Source: Candidatus Kapaibacterium sp.
Lineage (GTDB): Bacteria; Bacteroidota; Ignavibacteria; Kapaibacteriales; UBA2268
Assembly (NCBI GenBank): GCA_963664875.1
Contig: OY761611.1
Location: 2,240,001 to 2,304,000, forward strand
Direction: 5' to 3'
DNA: 64,000 nt
The notes beneath the pieces were generated by a model. That model saw nothing but the letters and a program-made list of their open reading frames with translations, did no database searches and had not been told where the DNA came from. Positions 18,010 through 29,400 of this stretch are shown one piece after another (the stretch's first letter is position 1; each line of letters begins with the position of its first letter). Made by a program: the position numbers and the translations under genes.

Positions 18010-21000
18010 ATGAATACAAAATCGATTAAGTTCAAAATACTGTTGCTGATTGCAGGTATCGACATTGTTTTGTCACTGATTCTTGCGATTTATGCTCCTC
18101 AGCAGGCTGAAAGCATGGGTAACAGTATAACAAATCAGAATGCTAATTTTATTGCCGAACTTGTAGCAGAAAATGTATCTTTGGGCCTTCAGACTATGAT
18201 TATAGATGACGGTGCAGCTCTTCAGCAAACACTTGACATACTGAAGCCCAAAAGTGACAAAAGTAAAAAAGACAAAGCTAAAGAAGCGGAAACTATCTCG
18301 AATGTATATGTTTATGATGCAGATCTTGCTCTTTTAAAAGCAACTGACACTGCAGCGACTGCTAAACAAAAGAATTTTAAAAAATCAAAAAATATAGAAT
18401 TCAAACACACAGATGATTTGCTTACAGCTTGGATGCCGGTAAAAGATGCTGATGCCAATGTGCAGGGCTACGTGCAGATAGATTTCTCGTTGGATTATCT
18501 CAATCAACGCGTCTCCGAACAAAGTGCTACTTTTGCTACTATTGCTGTTATAGTATTCATCCTGACAATGATACTTGGTTACTTCTTCCTTAACACAATG
18601 GTTAAGAAGCTGGTAGTCATCACTGATGCCGCACAAAAAATTGCTGTCGGCGATGTAGATATTACTATTGATGTAGTCTCGAATGACGAAATAGGCCAGT
18701 TAGCCGAATCTTTCAAAGAAATTATTCAAAGCTTTAAAGACAAAGCCAATGTGGCTATTGAAATTGCAAACGGTAATCTTAACGTCCGTGCAAATGTGCT
18801 TTCTGAGAAGGACATTCTTGGTTCGTCCATGAATACTATGAAAGACAACATCAGCAATTTGGCCAAAGATGTCAAATCACTCGCTTTAGACGCACAAAAT
18901 GGTGTTTTAGATTCTAGAGCAGACATCAGCAAACATCAGGGCGACTTTAGAGTAATTGTAGAAGGTATGAATAACACTCTCGATTCTGTAATTAGCCCAC
19001 TAAATATGGCAGCAAATTACATTGATAGAATATCTAAGGGTGATTTGCCTGAAAAAATCAAAGATGAGTTTAAAGGTGAATTTAATACAATCAAAAACAA
19101 CCTAAATATTGCGATTGATGCAATTGGGGCTCTAATCGCCGATGCGAATATGCTTGCAGGAGCTGCAGTTAGCGGTAACCTTGGTGCCAGAGCCGACGTT
19201 ACTAAACATCAAGGCGATTTCAGAGCTATCATCGAAGGTGTCAATAATACATTAGATGCTGTTATTGCTCCATTAAATCTTACTGCTGACTACATCGACA
19301 GAATTTCTAAGGGCGATATCCCAGATAAAATTACTCAAGCATACAAAGGTGAATTTAATACCCTAATTAATAACCTCAATGTATGTATTGGCGCTATAGA
19401 CAATATGATAGAAGACACAATGTCGCTTGTTAGTGCTGCTGCAGAAGGCAAGCTCAAAAACAGAGCTCAGGCAGACAGACATCAGGGTGATTTCAGAAAA
19501 ATCATTCAGGGATTTAACGATACTTTAGATAATATTCTTACACCTGTAAATGATGCAATGGCTGCTGTAGCAAAACAGGCAAAAGGCGAATTTGCAATCA
19601 TAGACAAAGTTTACAAAGGCGACTACGAAACAATCAAACGCAATGTAAACGATGTATCAAGAGCATTTACAGCGATTACGGAGCAATTCAACAACCTTTC
19701 TGAAGCAGGCAATGCAGGCAATCTTAGTTTCCGCGGTGATGCAACAGAATTCCAGGGAGATTTCCAGAAAATAGTTGAAATAGTAAACCAAACTCTTGAT
19801 AATATCCTAACACCGCTAAATGAAGCAATGGATGCACTCGCCGAAGTTGCTCAAGGTAATTTTGTAGTTATAGACAAAGTTTATAATGGTGATTATGAAG
19901 GTATCAAGCAAAACGTAAATAATGTTTCTAATGCCATGATAGAGATGAAAGGGCAATTTAATTTGCTATCTAATGCAGGCACGAACGGTAATCTTCAATT
20001 CCGTGGCAATGCGGAGCAGTTCCATGGCGATTTCAAAGAGATAGTTCTAATTGTCAATCAAACTTTAGACAATATACTTACTCCTCTCAATGAAGCAATG
20101 AATGCTTTGGCTGAAGTTGCCCAAGGTAACTTGTTTGTTATCGAAAAGCAATATCAAGGCGATTATGAAACAATCAAGCAGAATGTAAACAACGTTTCTA
20201 AAACACTAATCGACATGACACACCAATTTGAATTGCTTGCCGATGCAGGTGACAATGGCAAATTGAGTTACCGTGGCAACGCAGACCAATTCCAGGGAGA
20301 TTTCAAAAAAATCGTTCAAATTGTTAATCAGTCATTAGATAATATCATCAATCCTTTGTATATGACAGCGGACAATCTAAACCGCATATCTAAGGGAGAT
20401 ATTCCTCCTATAATTAAAGATGACTACAAAGGTGATTTCAACGAAATTAAAGAAAGCATCAATCAGTGTATCACTGCAGTTAACAACCTTGTTGCAGATG
20501 CAAATATGCTTGCAGAGTCTGCCGTCTCCGGTAACTTAAATGTTAGGGCAGATGCCGGCAAACATCAAGGTGATTTTGCTAGAGTTATCGAAGGTGTAAA
20601 TAATACTCTTGATGCAATTGTTGATCCTATCAATGAAGCAAACGAAGTCTTAAGTGTGTTGGCAACCGGGGACTTTACTGTGCAGATGCATGGAAATTAC
20701 CGAGGTGATCACCAAAAAATCAAAGAAAATATCAACACACTTGTATTTTCTCTTTCTAAACTAATTCGACAGCTTAACGAAGCAGTAGATACAGTAAGTA
20801 ATTCGACAAATCACATTTCTACAATCACTGACACTATGGTTATTGCGGCAAACAACCAAAATAATCAGATAGAAGAAGTAGCCACTGCGATAGAGGAAAT
20901 GAGCAAAACTGTATATGACAATGCAAATGCAGCAACTCAAACTGCCTCAATGGCGCAGGACAATGGTAGCATTGCTCAAGATGGCGGCAAAATTGTAGAA

Positions 21001-21663
21001 CAAACCGTTCATAAAATGAGAGACATTGCAGCTGTTGTAAATCAATCTGCTGAAAAAATTGCTGCTCTTGGTGAGTCCGGAAAGGCTATTGGCGAGATTG
21101 TCTCTGTTATCAATGACATTGCTGATCAGACCAACCTGCTTGCATTAAACGCAGCTATAGAAGCTGCCAGAGCTGGCGAGCAGGGAAGAGGCTTTGCGGT
21201 AGTAGCTGATGAAGTGAGAAAACTTGCAGAAAGAACGACTGATGCTACAAAACAAATCGCCGGAATGATTAAAAACATTCAAGACGAAACACAAGATGCA
21301 GTTCGAGTGATGACTCATGGTAACGAAGAGGTAACTGTAGGTATCGAATATGCTGATAAAGCAGGTCAGGCACTTCGTTCTATTTTGAACAGTTCGGATC
21401 AGCTTCTTGGCATGATTAGTCAAATAGCTGCTGCTAACGAAGAGCAATCTGCTACTAGTGAACAGCTCGCTAAAAATGTTACTTCCATATCTGCTGTTAC
21501 TAATGATTCGACTCAAAAGATGCAAGAAATTGCCGGCTCTACAGAGGATTTGGTCAGACTTACAACTGAGCTGACTGAAATCATGGGACAGTTTGTTATT
21601 GAAGATATTAACAGTCATGGTTATAACAGATTAGATCATGGGGGACGGAAACTAAAGCCATAG
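18010..21663 (+). CDS. Methyl-accepting chemotaxis protein with periplasmic sensor domain and long poly-HAMP array
   Basis: Two TM helices, HAMP ([10 protein letters not shown]), seven N.LD...P repeats, signalling hairpin [40 protein letters not shown]. Alternative start at 17992. Confidence 0.95.
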   Translation: MNTKSIKFKILLLIAGIDIVLSLILAIYAPQQAESMGNSITNQNANFIAELVAENVSLGLQTMIIDDGAALQQTLDILKPKSDKSKKDKAKEAETISNVYVYDADLALLKATDTAATAKQKNFKKSKNIEFKHTDDLLTAWMPVKDADANVQGYVQIDFSLDYLNQRVSEQSATFATIAVIVFILTMILGYFFLNTMVKKLVVITDAAQKIAVGDVDITIDVVSNDEIGQLAESFKEIIQSFKDKANVAIEIANGNLNVRANVLSEKDILGSSMNTMKDNISNLAKDVKSLALDAQNGVLDSRADISKHQGDFRVIVEGMNNTLDSVISPLNMAANYIDRISKGDLPEKIKDEFKGEFNTIKNNLNIAIDAIGALIADANMLAGAAVSGNLGARADVTKHQGDFRAIIEGVNNTLDAVIAPLNLTADYIDRISKGDIPDKITQAYKGEFNTLINNLNVCIGAIDNMIEDTMSLVSAAAEGKLKNRAQADRHQGDFRKIIQGFNDTLDNILTPVNDAMAAVAKQAKGEFAIIDKVYKGDYETIKRNVNDVSRAFTAITEQFNNLSEAGNAGNLSFRGDATEFQGDFQKIVEIVNQTLDNILTPLNEAMDALAEVAQGNFVVIDKVYNGDYEGIKQNVNNVSNAMIEMKGQFNLLSNAGTNGNLQFRGNAEQFHGDFKEIVLIVNQTLDNILTPLNEAMNALAEVAQGNLFVIEKQYQGDYETIKQNVNNVSKTLIDMTHQFELLADAGDNGKLSYRGNADQFQGDFKKIVQIVNQSLDNIINPLYMTADNLNRISKGDIPPIIKDDYKGDFNEIKESINQCITAVNNLVADANMLAESAVSGNLNVRADAGKHQGDFARVIEGVNNTLDAIVDPINEANEVLSVLATGDFTVQMHGNYRGDHQKIKENINTLVFSLSKLIRQLNEAVDTVSNSTNHISTITDTMVIAANNQNNQIEEVATAIEEMSKTVYDNANAATQTASMAQDNGSIAQDGGKIVEQTVHKMRDIAAVVNQSAEKIAALGESGKAIGEIVSVINDIADQTNLLALNAAIEAARAGEQGRGFAVVADEVRKLAERTTDATKQIAGMIKNIQDETQDAVRVMTHGNEEVTVGIEYADKAGQALRSILNSSDQLLGMISQIAAANEEQSATSEQLAKNVTSISAVTNDSTQKMQEIAGSTEDLVRLTTELTEIMGQFVIEDINSHGYNRLDHGGRKLKP

Positions 21664-21693
21664 ATATTTCTAATTCCACAAAATAAATTGCAA

Positions 21694-21729
21694 TCCGGGC
21701 AGTAAAGCACACTTCTAAATCTGCCCGGA
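21694..21729 (+). other. Intercistronic stem-loop
   Basis: Perfect 9-bp stem TCCGGGCAG-N18-CTGCCCGGA without a U-tract. Confidence 0.55.
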
Positions 21730-21757
21730 AAGCAAATAGTTTCAACTCGGAGGCATT

Positions 21758-23923
21758 ATGAAAAAGATGTTCCTATCTCTGATTGTTTTAATCACATTTT
21801 CAATGAATTTATCTGCCCAAGAGACTGATGAGTTATTAGATATGTCTCTTGATGAGCTTATGAATATCAAAGTAGTTTCTTCTACTAAAAAGGCAGAAAA
21901 AATCAGTAAAGCACCAAGTGTTATTAATAGTATCAGCAAACAGCAAAGAGACACTTACGGCTGGAATACAATTAATGACATTCTTTTTGCTCAACCCGGT
22001 TTTTTTCATTCCATCGACTTTGATCGACACACTGTAGGTTTCAGAGGAGCCTCAGAAAGTTGGAACAATAACCACTTGTTGATGCTAATCGATGGTATTC
22101 CTTACAATGACAACCAATATGGCTCAGCTTATACTTCAGAAGTTACTCCTTTGTTTTTTGCAAACAATATTGAAATAATTCGTGGCCCAGGCTCCGCATT
22201 ATATGGCTCAAACGCTACAAACGGCGTAATAAGCATCAATTCTGTAACCCCTAAAAAGGGTGAAAGCTCAATGGATATGCGTATGAGCTACGGCAGTTTT
22301 AATACAATGTCATTTGATGTGCTAAGCAATTACGATACTGACATTGCTTCTTTCAGCGTTGGCTACAATAAGTTTAAAACTGACGGTTTCGAATATGAAA
22401 CAGTAGATGGCTCAGGCCGTGCGAATGAAGCCGGAACATTACTAAAATTTGAAACTAACGACAACAGAAACAGCGACTACTTATATGCAAAAGTTCTCCC
22501 TAAGGGTGCACTTGAAGGATTGATGTTGCAGGTACATTTCCAAAGGTGGGAATTCGAAACAAATTATGGTTGGTTGTTTGCAGTGCCTGACATTGAAGAA
22601 TCTATGCACGAAAGCAGAAATATGATAGCACTTCGCTACAAACCGGAACTCGAAGGTCCGTTGCAGTTTGAAATTACAAGCAGATACCAGTATCACAAAA
22701 TCAACTGGTTTATGCAATTGTATCAGCATGGTGCTTTTGATAACTTTTATCCAGCAGGAGTAAATGAGTATCTGATAACAAATACAGAAGATTTATTCAC
22801 TAGAGTGCAGCTATCTTATGACTTCAATGATATAGGAACATCATTGTTGCTTGGTGCAGAATCAGATATCTTTTGGTATGGTGGCGAAGATAAGGAGCAT
22901 TCTTCGAATGTTGACCTTTCCGATACAGGCGAGCCGTTTCCTAACGGAGAAATGAGACCTTTAGGTCAATGGTTAGGCTGGATTGGCGATAATAAAGTAA
23001 TGAACTACGCAGCTTTCCTACAATTAACAAGTGGCAGTATCTTTTCTGATGATTTATCTGCTGTAGCAGGTTTCAGATATGACTATCAATCATTCGATTT
23101 CTTCACACTTGATGGGGCTGATCCTACCGCAACTCAGAATAAAACATTTTCACAGGTAGGCCCACGTATAGGATTAGTTTATCATCCAACTGAAGCTTTG
23201 TCTTTCAAAGCATTATTTGGTAAAGCATTCAGAGCGCCATCCCCTACTGAAATGTTTGGAGCTAACACATGGACGCTTGCTTCAAATGTCTCTACTATTA
23301 AACCTGAAGAGATTTACACAGCTGATTTTGCGATTGATTATATGCTAAATACAAATATCAATCTAAAATTGAATGCTTTTTACTCTGACTTCAGAAACAA
23401 AACAGCATATTCGCCAACAGGCAATAATGCCATTGCTAACATTTACAGCACTGAAACCGCCGGAGCAGAATTTGAAGTAAACTTCAAAATAGACGCTTTC
23501 TCAGGTTATCTCAATTACTCCTATACTCATCTTTTAGAAGAGACAATAGCCGAAGAGCAAAAAGTAGCAATATTTGAATCCGATGAGATTGTATGGGCAC
23601 CAAAAATGCTCCTCAAATACGGGATCAGTTACAAGCTGAGCGATTTTAGATTTACTTTGGCAGGCATTTACACAGATAAATTTCTGCGAAGAACAAGCGA
23701 CAATCTAATAGCTTCTAATTTAGATTTAAGAGGCAAAGAAGTAGATGCAAGTTTGGTATTAGACTTTAAAGCAGAGTATCAGATTTTAAAAAATATTAGA
23801 ATCAATGTGAAATTGAATAATATTCTCGATGCAGAATATTATATAATCAAAAATACTGACATGCCTTTCGACTATAAAATGCCGGGCATGAATTTATTAA
23901 GTCAAATAATTGTAGATATCTAA
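21758..23923 (+). CDS. TonB-dependent receptor 1
   Basis: GGAGG RBS, signal peptide, plug motifs LMLIDG and IEIIRGPGSALYGSNATNGVI, beta-barrel motifs (GKAFRAPS, NILD). Confidence 0.93.
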   Translation: MKKMFLSLIVLITFSMNLSAQETDELLDMSLDELMNIKVVSSTKKAEKISKAPSVINSISKQQRDTYGWNTINDILFAQPGFFHSIDFDRHTVGFRGASESWNNNHLLMLIDGIPYNDNQYGSAYTSEVTPLFFANNIEIIRGPGSALYGSNATNGVISINSVTPKKGESSMDMRMSYGSFNTMSFDVLSNYDTDIASFSVGYNKFKTDGFEYETVDGSGRANEAGTLLKFETNDNRNSDYLYAKVLPKGALEGLMLQVHFQRWEFETNYGWLFAVPDIEESMHESRNMIALRYKPELEGPLQFEITSRYQYHKINWFMQLYQHGAFDNFYPAGVNEYLITNTEDLFTRVQLSYDFNDIGTSLLLGAESDIFWYGGEDKEHSSNVDLSDTGEPFPNGEMRPLGQWLGWIGDNKVMNYAAFLQLTSGSIFSDDLSAVAGFRYDYQSFDFFTLDGADPTATQNKTFSQVGPRIGLVYHPTEALSFKALFGKAFRAPSPTEMFGANTWTLASNVSTIKPEEIYTADFAIDYMLNTNINLKLNAFYSDFRNKTAYSPTGNNAIANIYSTETAGAEFEVNFKIDAFSGYLNYSYTHLLEETIAEEQKVAIFESDEIVWAPKMLLKYGISYKLSDFRFTLAGIYTDKFLRRTSDNLIASNLDLRGKEVDASLVLDFKAEYQILKNIRINVKLNNILDAEYYIIKNTDMPFDYKMPGMNLLSQIIVDI

Positions 23924-23934
23924 TCAAATATATC

Positions 23935-23974
23935 AGGGTATGACTTACTTTGAAAGTAAGTCTGCCCTTTTTTT
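23935..23974 (+). terminator. Terminator-like hairpin between the two TBDR genes
   Basis: AGGGTA-T-GACTTACT-TTGAA-AGTAAGTC-TGCCCT followed by a T-run. Confidence 0.6.
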
Positions 23975-23988
23975 ATACAGGAGGATGT

Positions 23989-26007
23989 ATGAATTACAAA
24001 TTACTTCTATCTATTCTAATTGTTTTTTCCGCAATTAGTATGAAAGCTCAGGAGACTGATGAGTTATTAGATATGTCTCTTGACGAGCTTATGAATATCG
24101 AAGTTAGTGTTGCTTCTAAAAAAGCAGAATCTATCAATGATGCTCCGGGAATTATCACGGTAGTTACAAAGCATGAAATTGAAGGTTTTGGAGCTCAGCA
24201 TCTTGGTGATGTAATAAATAGAGTTGTCTCTATGTCTTTCCTTTCTGCAAACGTTTTTACAGATAATATTGCTAATATGCGTGCATCCGCTACTACTCCT
24301 TACGATAATCACGTGCTTATTCTCATGAATGGCAGACCAGTGAGAGATCCTATTTCAGGTGGCTTGAATCAGGCTGTTTATACAGGCTTCCCACTTGATA
24401 TGATTGAACGACTTGAGATTATCCGAGGTCCCGGCTCTGTACTTTATGGGTCTTGTGCTTATGCAGGAGTAATCAATATAGTAACTAAACAAGCTAAGCA
24501 AAACGAACAACACGGCACTATGGGCTTGACTTTAGGCAATGAAGAAACTTATGGCGGTAACGGATATATTGGTTTTGCTAAAGGTGATTTTAGTGCTAAT
24601 GTTGGTGTTATGGGATATTATACAGCCGGTCCTGAATTTGATTTTACTGATTATTCTAATGTAACAGATACTAATCATTTCTGGAGAAAAAATATTTCCG
24701 TAGCCGGTACTTTTAAGTTATCAGATTTCCAGGTAAATACTTTCTACTCTAATTACAGACCATACGGATTGAACGGACCTGATAACTCGTGGGATTATCC
24801 TGAAGAAGGTAAAAATCTTAATGACCACGAAGTATTTATGTTTGACTTAGGTTATTCTAAAGAAGTAAACAAATTCTTAGATATAAATGCAAATATTACT
24901 TTCAATAACCATTATTGGAATCAGGATGCCGGAACAGAAATGACTGCTCATGAGTTCCTTTCTGAATTGATGCTTGCTATTCATCCGATGGAAGATATGA
25001 ATATTTTGCTCGGTGGTACATTTATCAAATCAAAACAGATCAGTTCCCGATTTATTGGCGAGATTATGGATCAACTCGATGTTAACTCTTCAGTTTATAC
25101 TCAAATAGACTACCGCCCAATCGAAAACTTAAAATTGATTGCCGGTGCTCAGATGAATATGATTGAAGGATTAGATGCTAACATCTCTCCGCGTGTAGGT
25201 GCTATCTATAACTTCAATAAAGAACTCGGTGTAAAATTGCTTTACAGCTCAGCATTCAGAAAAGCCTACCCGTTAGAATACGGATTTAACCATCCTGTAT
25301 TCAGAGGTAATCCTGACATAAGTCCTGAACTTATAAATACCTTAGAAGCTCAGATTTTCTACCAAAAAGAAAAATTGTCATTAGCACTTACATTTTATAA
25401 TAGTGTGATGAATGATATCATCATCCGAACATGGTATGATGACCCTTCTGTTGATGTCGGTGGTGGCTACTTGAAATACGGCAACGGAAAAGATTTTACG
25501 TTTATGGGTATTGAGTTTGAAGCCAAGTATAGCTTTGACAGAAATTGGTTAGCTCTTGCATCATTCAACTGGCAAACCAATAAAAACCCTAACGGTTTAG
25601 GCGATGGTCAAGAACTGGAAAATGCGACATTGCATCCAAATATAATGGCAAAAGGCGGAATACTATACGATCAGGAAAAACTATCGATTGGTGTATTTGC
25701 ATCAATGTTTGGTGAGCCATACTCAGTGAACGAATACTACGGATATGAGCAAGACTCTGACAATTACAATAAACTTGTAGTAAATGAAGAAGGTGAATCA
25801 TATATATTGCTTTCTGCAAAAGCTACATTGAAATTAGATAAATTGCTACCTTTGAATACTGCCTATGGAGTAAATCTATCAATAGAAGCAGAAAACTTGC
25901 TTGATGAAACTATTAGATACCCTGAATTTACATCTAAAGGTAAAAATACTCTTATTCCTTTGAAATCAGGAATGGGATTATATGGAATAATATCTATAGT
26001 GTTCTAA
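23989..26007 (+). CDS. TonB-dependent receptor 2
   Basis: Start moved to ATG 23989 (AGGAGG RBS); plug LEIIRGPGSVLYGS..GVINIVTK; C-terminal Phe. Confidence 0.93.
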   Translation: MNYKLLLSILIVFSAISMKAQETDELLDMSLDELMNIEVSVASKKAESINDAPGIITVVTKHEIEGFGAQHLGDVINRVVSMSFLSANVFTDNIANMRASATTPYDNHVLILMNGRPVRDPISGGLNQAVYTGFPLDMIERLEIIRGPGSVLYGSCAYAGVINIVTKQAKQNEQHGTMGLTLGNEETYGGNGYIGFAKGDFSANVGVMGYYTAGPEFDFTDYSNVTDTNHFWRKNISVAGTFKLSDFQVNTFYSNYRPYGLNGPDNSWDYPEEGKNLNDHEVFMFDLGYSKEVNKFLDINANITFNNHYWNQDAGTEMTAHEFLSELMLAIHPMEDMNILLGGTFIKSKQISSRFIGEIMDQLDVNSSVYTQIDYRPIENLKLIAGAQMNMIEGLDANISPRVGAIYNFNKELGVKLLYSSAFRKAYPLEYGFNHPVFRGNPDISPELINTLEAQIFYQKEKLSLALTFYNSVMNDIIIRTWYDDPSVDVGGGYLKYGNGKDFTFMGIEFEAKYSFDRNWLALASFNWQTNKNPNGLGDGQELENATLHPNIMAKGGILYDQEKLSIGVFASMFGEPYSVNEYYGYEQDSDNYNKLVVNEEGESYILLSAKATLKLDKLLPLNTAYGVNLSIEAENLLDETIRYPEFTSKGKNTLIPLKSGMGLYGIISIVF

Positions 26008-26034
26008 GTCTTTTTTGGGCTTTCTACTTTTTTC

Positions 26035-26064
26035 AGGGTGGTTTTTAAATTAAAGCCACCCTTT
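26035..26064 (+). terminator. Intrinsic terminator
   Basis: AGGGTGGTTT..AAAGCCACCCT followed by a T-rich tail. Confidence 0.7.
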
Positions 26065-26122
26065 GTATTTTAAGTTGTACTAAATAATGATAAATGTTGC
26101 TTATTAAAGGGTAGAATGACCT

Positions 26123-26497
26123 ATGAAAAGAATACTGATTTATGACGGAGATTGTGGTATCTGCTCTTATCTTGCCGCTTATGTTACAAAACGAACAAAA
26201 TCGCCATTGCATGCCTTGCCCGAAATTACGTCGGAGATTGAGAAAGATTATGGAGAAGAGCTGTCCGCTATGGCTAAATCAGGGGTATTGTTTATCGAGG
26301 CAGGGAGTGTCTTTTATAAAACACAAGCTGTAGGCAAATGTTTATTATTATTGCCCTATCCGATAAAGCTGTTGGCTTATTTGTTTACAAATAAAATGTT
26401 GGCTTACTTGTTTAATCCTATATATGATCTCATTGCGAGAAACCGACATAAAATATCGAGGTTATTCGGATTGGCAAGTTGCAAAATTAAATCCTGA
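26123..26497 (+). CDS. DCC1-like thiol-disulfide oxidoreductase family (DUF393)
   Basis: YDGDCGIC (DxxCxxC) at the N-terminus and YDLIARNR motif. Confidence 0.88.
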   Translation: MKRILIYDGDCGICSYLAAYVTKRTKSPLHALPEITSEIEKDYGEELSAMAKSGVLFIEAGSVFYKTQAVGKCLLLLPYPIKLLAYLFTNKMLAYLFNPIYDLIARNRHKISRLFGLASCKIKS

Positions 26498-29400
26498 TTG
26501 ACATTACCCTTTCGATTTCTTCTAAAAGTCCATCGAAGTTAATGGGTTTAGTTATTCTACCGGAAAATCCATAATCTCTATAGTTTGCAACAATGGACTT
26601 ATCCGAATGTGCACTACAAACTATGGCTCTAATTTCAGGATTAAGTACAAGCAGTTTATTTAAAGTCTCTTCTCCTTCCATACCGCCTACGATAGTCAAA
26701 TCAAGAATCGCCAAGTCAAATGGTCGGCTTGTAAGATAAGCTTTTTGATATTCAATCAAAGCAGTTTCTCCTTTTGAGACAGAAACTACATTATGACCTG
26801 AAAGTTCTAATATTTCGGTCATACTTATTCGAAGTGCGTCATCGTCGTCCATGAGAAGGATTCGGTAACTGTTTTTCCTGATGATTTTTTCCTCAATCTG
26901 TTTTTTCACCATGATGCCATTCTTGTTAGCAGGCAAAAATATATTGAATTCTGTACCGATATTTTCCTGAGAGTGGACTTTGATAAAGCCTTTATGTTTT
27001 TTTATAATGAGATTGACAGTAGCAAGACCGAGACCGTGCCCGTTATCTTTAGTAGTAAAAAACGGATCGAATACCTTGCTTATTATGTTTTCAGGGATAC
27101 CAATACCTTCATCTCGGACAGATATTTTAACAAAATCGCCTGTAAACTTATTTACTTTAGGATTATCCAGAGTGCAGTTTTCGACATCTACATATATCTT
27201 GCCTTGCTTATTTTCCATAGCTTGTTTTGAGTTAAGGAAAAGATTAGTAAAAACTTCAGTAATTTGTTTTGTATCAATCTCAACATTCCAGACTTTGCGG
27301 TCATAATTATTAATATGCTGAACATTAGTACCACCAAGAGCTATACTTAGCGATTCATCAATAACTTCGCAAACATTAGCTATTTCTCTGACAGGTTCGC
27401 CTCCGGAAGAAAATGTCTGGAATCTGAGAGCAATAGCATTTGCCTGAGCGATAGTCTTTTCGATTCTGTCTGCATAGATATTAAGTTTGTCAGGTTTGCG
27501 TCTCGCCAAATCTACAGAAAGGCTAATCGAAGCAAGCATATTTTTAAAGTTATGTGCAATACCACTTGCGAGGACGCTTAGAGATTCGAGTTTTGCCATC
27601 TTTGTTAACTCTTCTTCAGCATATTTCCTTGCTGTAATATCGAGTATAAACCCTTCCAACCAGATAAGCCTGTCATTTTCGTATAGACCAATACCGTTTT
27701 CTTCTACCCATTTATAATTTCCGGTGATTCCTTGAATTCTGTATTCAATTCTAAAAGATTCGAGTTTAGCAACGGCATCGTTTATTGAACCCCTGACGTA
27801 ATCAAAATCCTCAGGATGAATAAGACTGTCGTAAGTCTTTGCTCCGTTCAGGAATAATTCTTTTGCATACCCGGTAAGTTTTTCAATTTCATCATTGAGA
27901 TAAATCATTGTATAATTAGCATCATTTTCGCAAAGGTATATAGTACCCGGGACATTTTCCGCAAGCAATCTGAATTGAGTTTCGCTCTGTCTTATTTTTG
28001 TTTCAGCTTCATTTCTCTCAGTAATATCTTCTATGGCAGCCTGAACTCCTATCACTTTGCCATTGTCAAACACAGGTGAAAGATAAGATTTCAAATAAAG
28101 ATTTTTTCCAAATCTGGAGTAGTAAGGAAATTCTGCAACAACATTTTGCTTTGAGTCAATACACTGTTCAAAATATTGAAATGTAGAAAACTTAAGGATA
28201 GAATCCTGCGACAAAATATTCTCACCAAGGCTCGCTTCTTTGCCGGGGGAACCTACCATATTTAGCATAGCAGTATTAATATCAAGGATATCTCCATCAA
28301 GATTCATATAAATGATACCAATTGGAGTATTTTCAAAGAGTCCTCTGTATTTTTGCTCGTTTTCAGAAATAATCGCTCTGGAATGTAATAGTTCCTGTTC
28401 CGCTCTTTTCCTTTGAGTGATATCGTGAACTATCGAATAGAGTCTTATCTTTCCGCCAATTTGCACTTTGCCGGCGTAAGATTCGATATCTCTGATTTCA
28501 CCATTAGCGAGTCTGTGCTTGAATTCAAAGTGATTTCTTTGCTCAGTAAAAGCCTTTTGAATTTCAACGGTAATTTGCTCAGGAGTAAGAATATTGATAT
28601 TGCTGATATTTATTCTTGTTATTTCTTCGTAGGTGTAGCCATAGTAACGACACGCAGCTTCATTAGCATCTAAAATATCGCCGGTTTCAGGTTCGATAAG
28701 AAGCATAATACTGTAGCTCGTTCTGAACAAAGACTCATACCGGTCTCTCGCTTCTGAAAGCTCTTTTTCGAGTTTTCGCTTTATTTGGAGATTATAGGCT
28801 AAAATAAAAATGATTAGAACAACAAGAGTGAGAAGAAAAGCGACTATGTAAAAAGTATTTTTACTAATAAAAATTATCTCTTGGGGCTGATTTATAAGCC
28901 TTGCATGTTCGGAAATATTGGCGAGATAAAGTCCAAATTTTTTGAGTACTTCAAAATCAAAAACAAGGGTATTCGGACTTTTTTTAATAACTTTTATTTT
29001 CGCCGGAGATGTCCCGTTAAATATAGAATCTACAAGCAACAATGCAGTTTTTGCCTGATTGGCATGACTGATTAGCTTTCCACCTGCGATACCGTCTCCG
29101 AGTCCATGCTCCCAAAGATGATAGACAGGAATCTTTGCCTTCTCTATAATCTTTTTCAGGCTGTATTCGAAAGTATAGTTTTTGTTTTCTGCATCTATAA
29201 AGCCGGAAAGAAGTAAAAATGCTTTATTCCCTTTGATTTTATCTATTTCATTTAAAAATCTGTCTAATTTGTACAAACTAAAATCCATTTCCGTAAATTT
29301 GATTTTTGGAAACTTTGAAGCCTCGGCGAAGAAATTCCTTTTATCCGCAAGCCCGGTTTCAGTATCATCTGTGATCGCAATAATTTCCTGTAAATTCGGA

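Noticed and set aside
21145-21618. Antisense ORFs inside long genes (e.g. 21145-21618, 45814-46368, 56704-57114, 16218-16658)
   Set aside because: Shadow frames of well-supported genes, with no RBS or recognisable motifs.
23900-23923. TBDR1 ending in Ile rather than Phe as a sign of pseudogenisation
   Set aside because: The ORF is full length with an intact alternating terminal beta-strand; non-aromatic termini occur in functional barrels.
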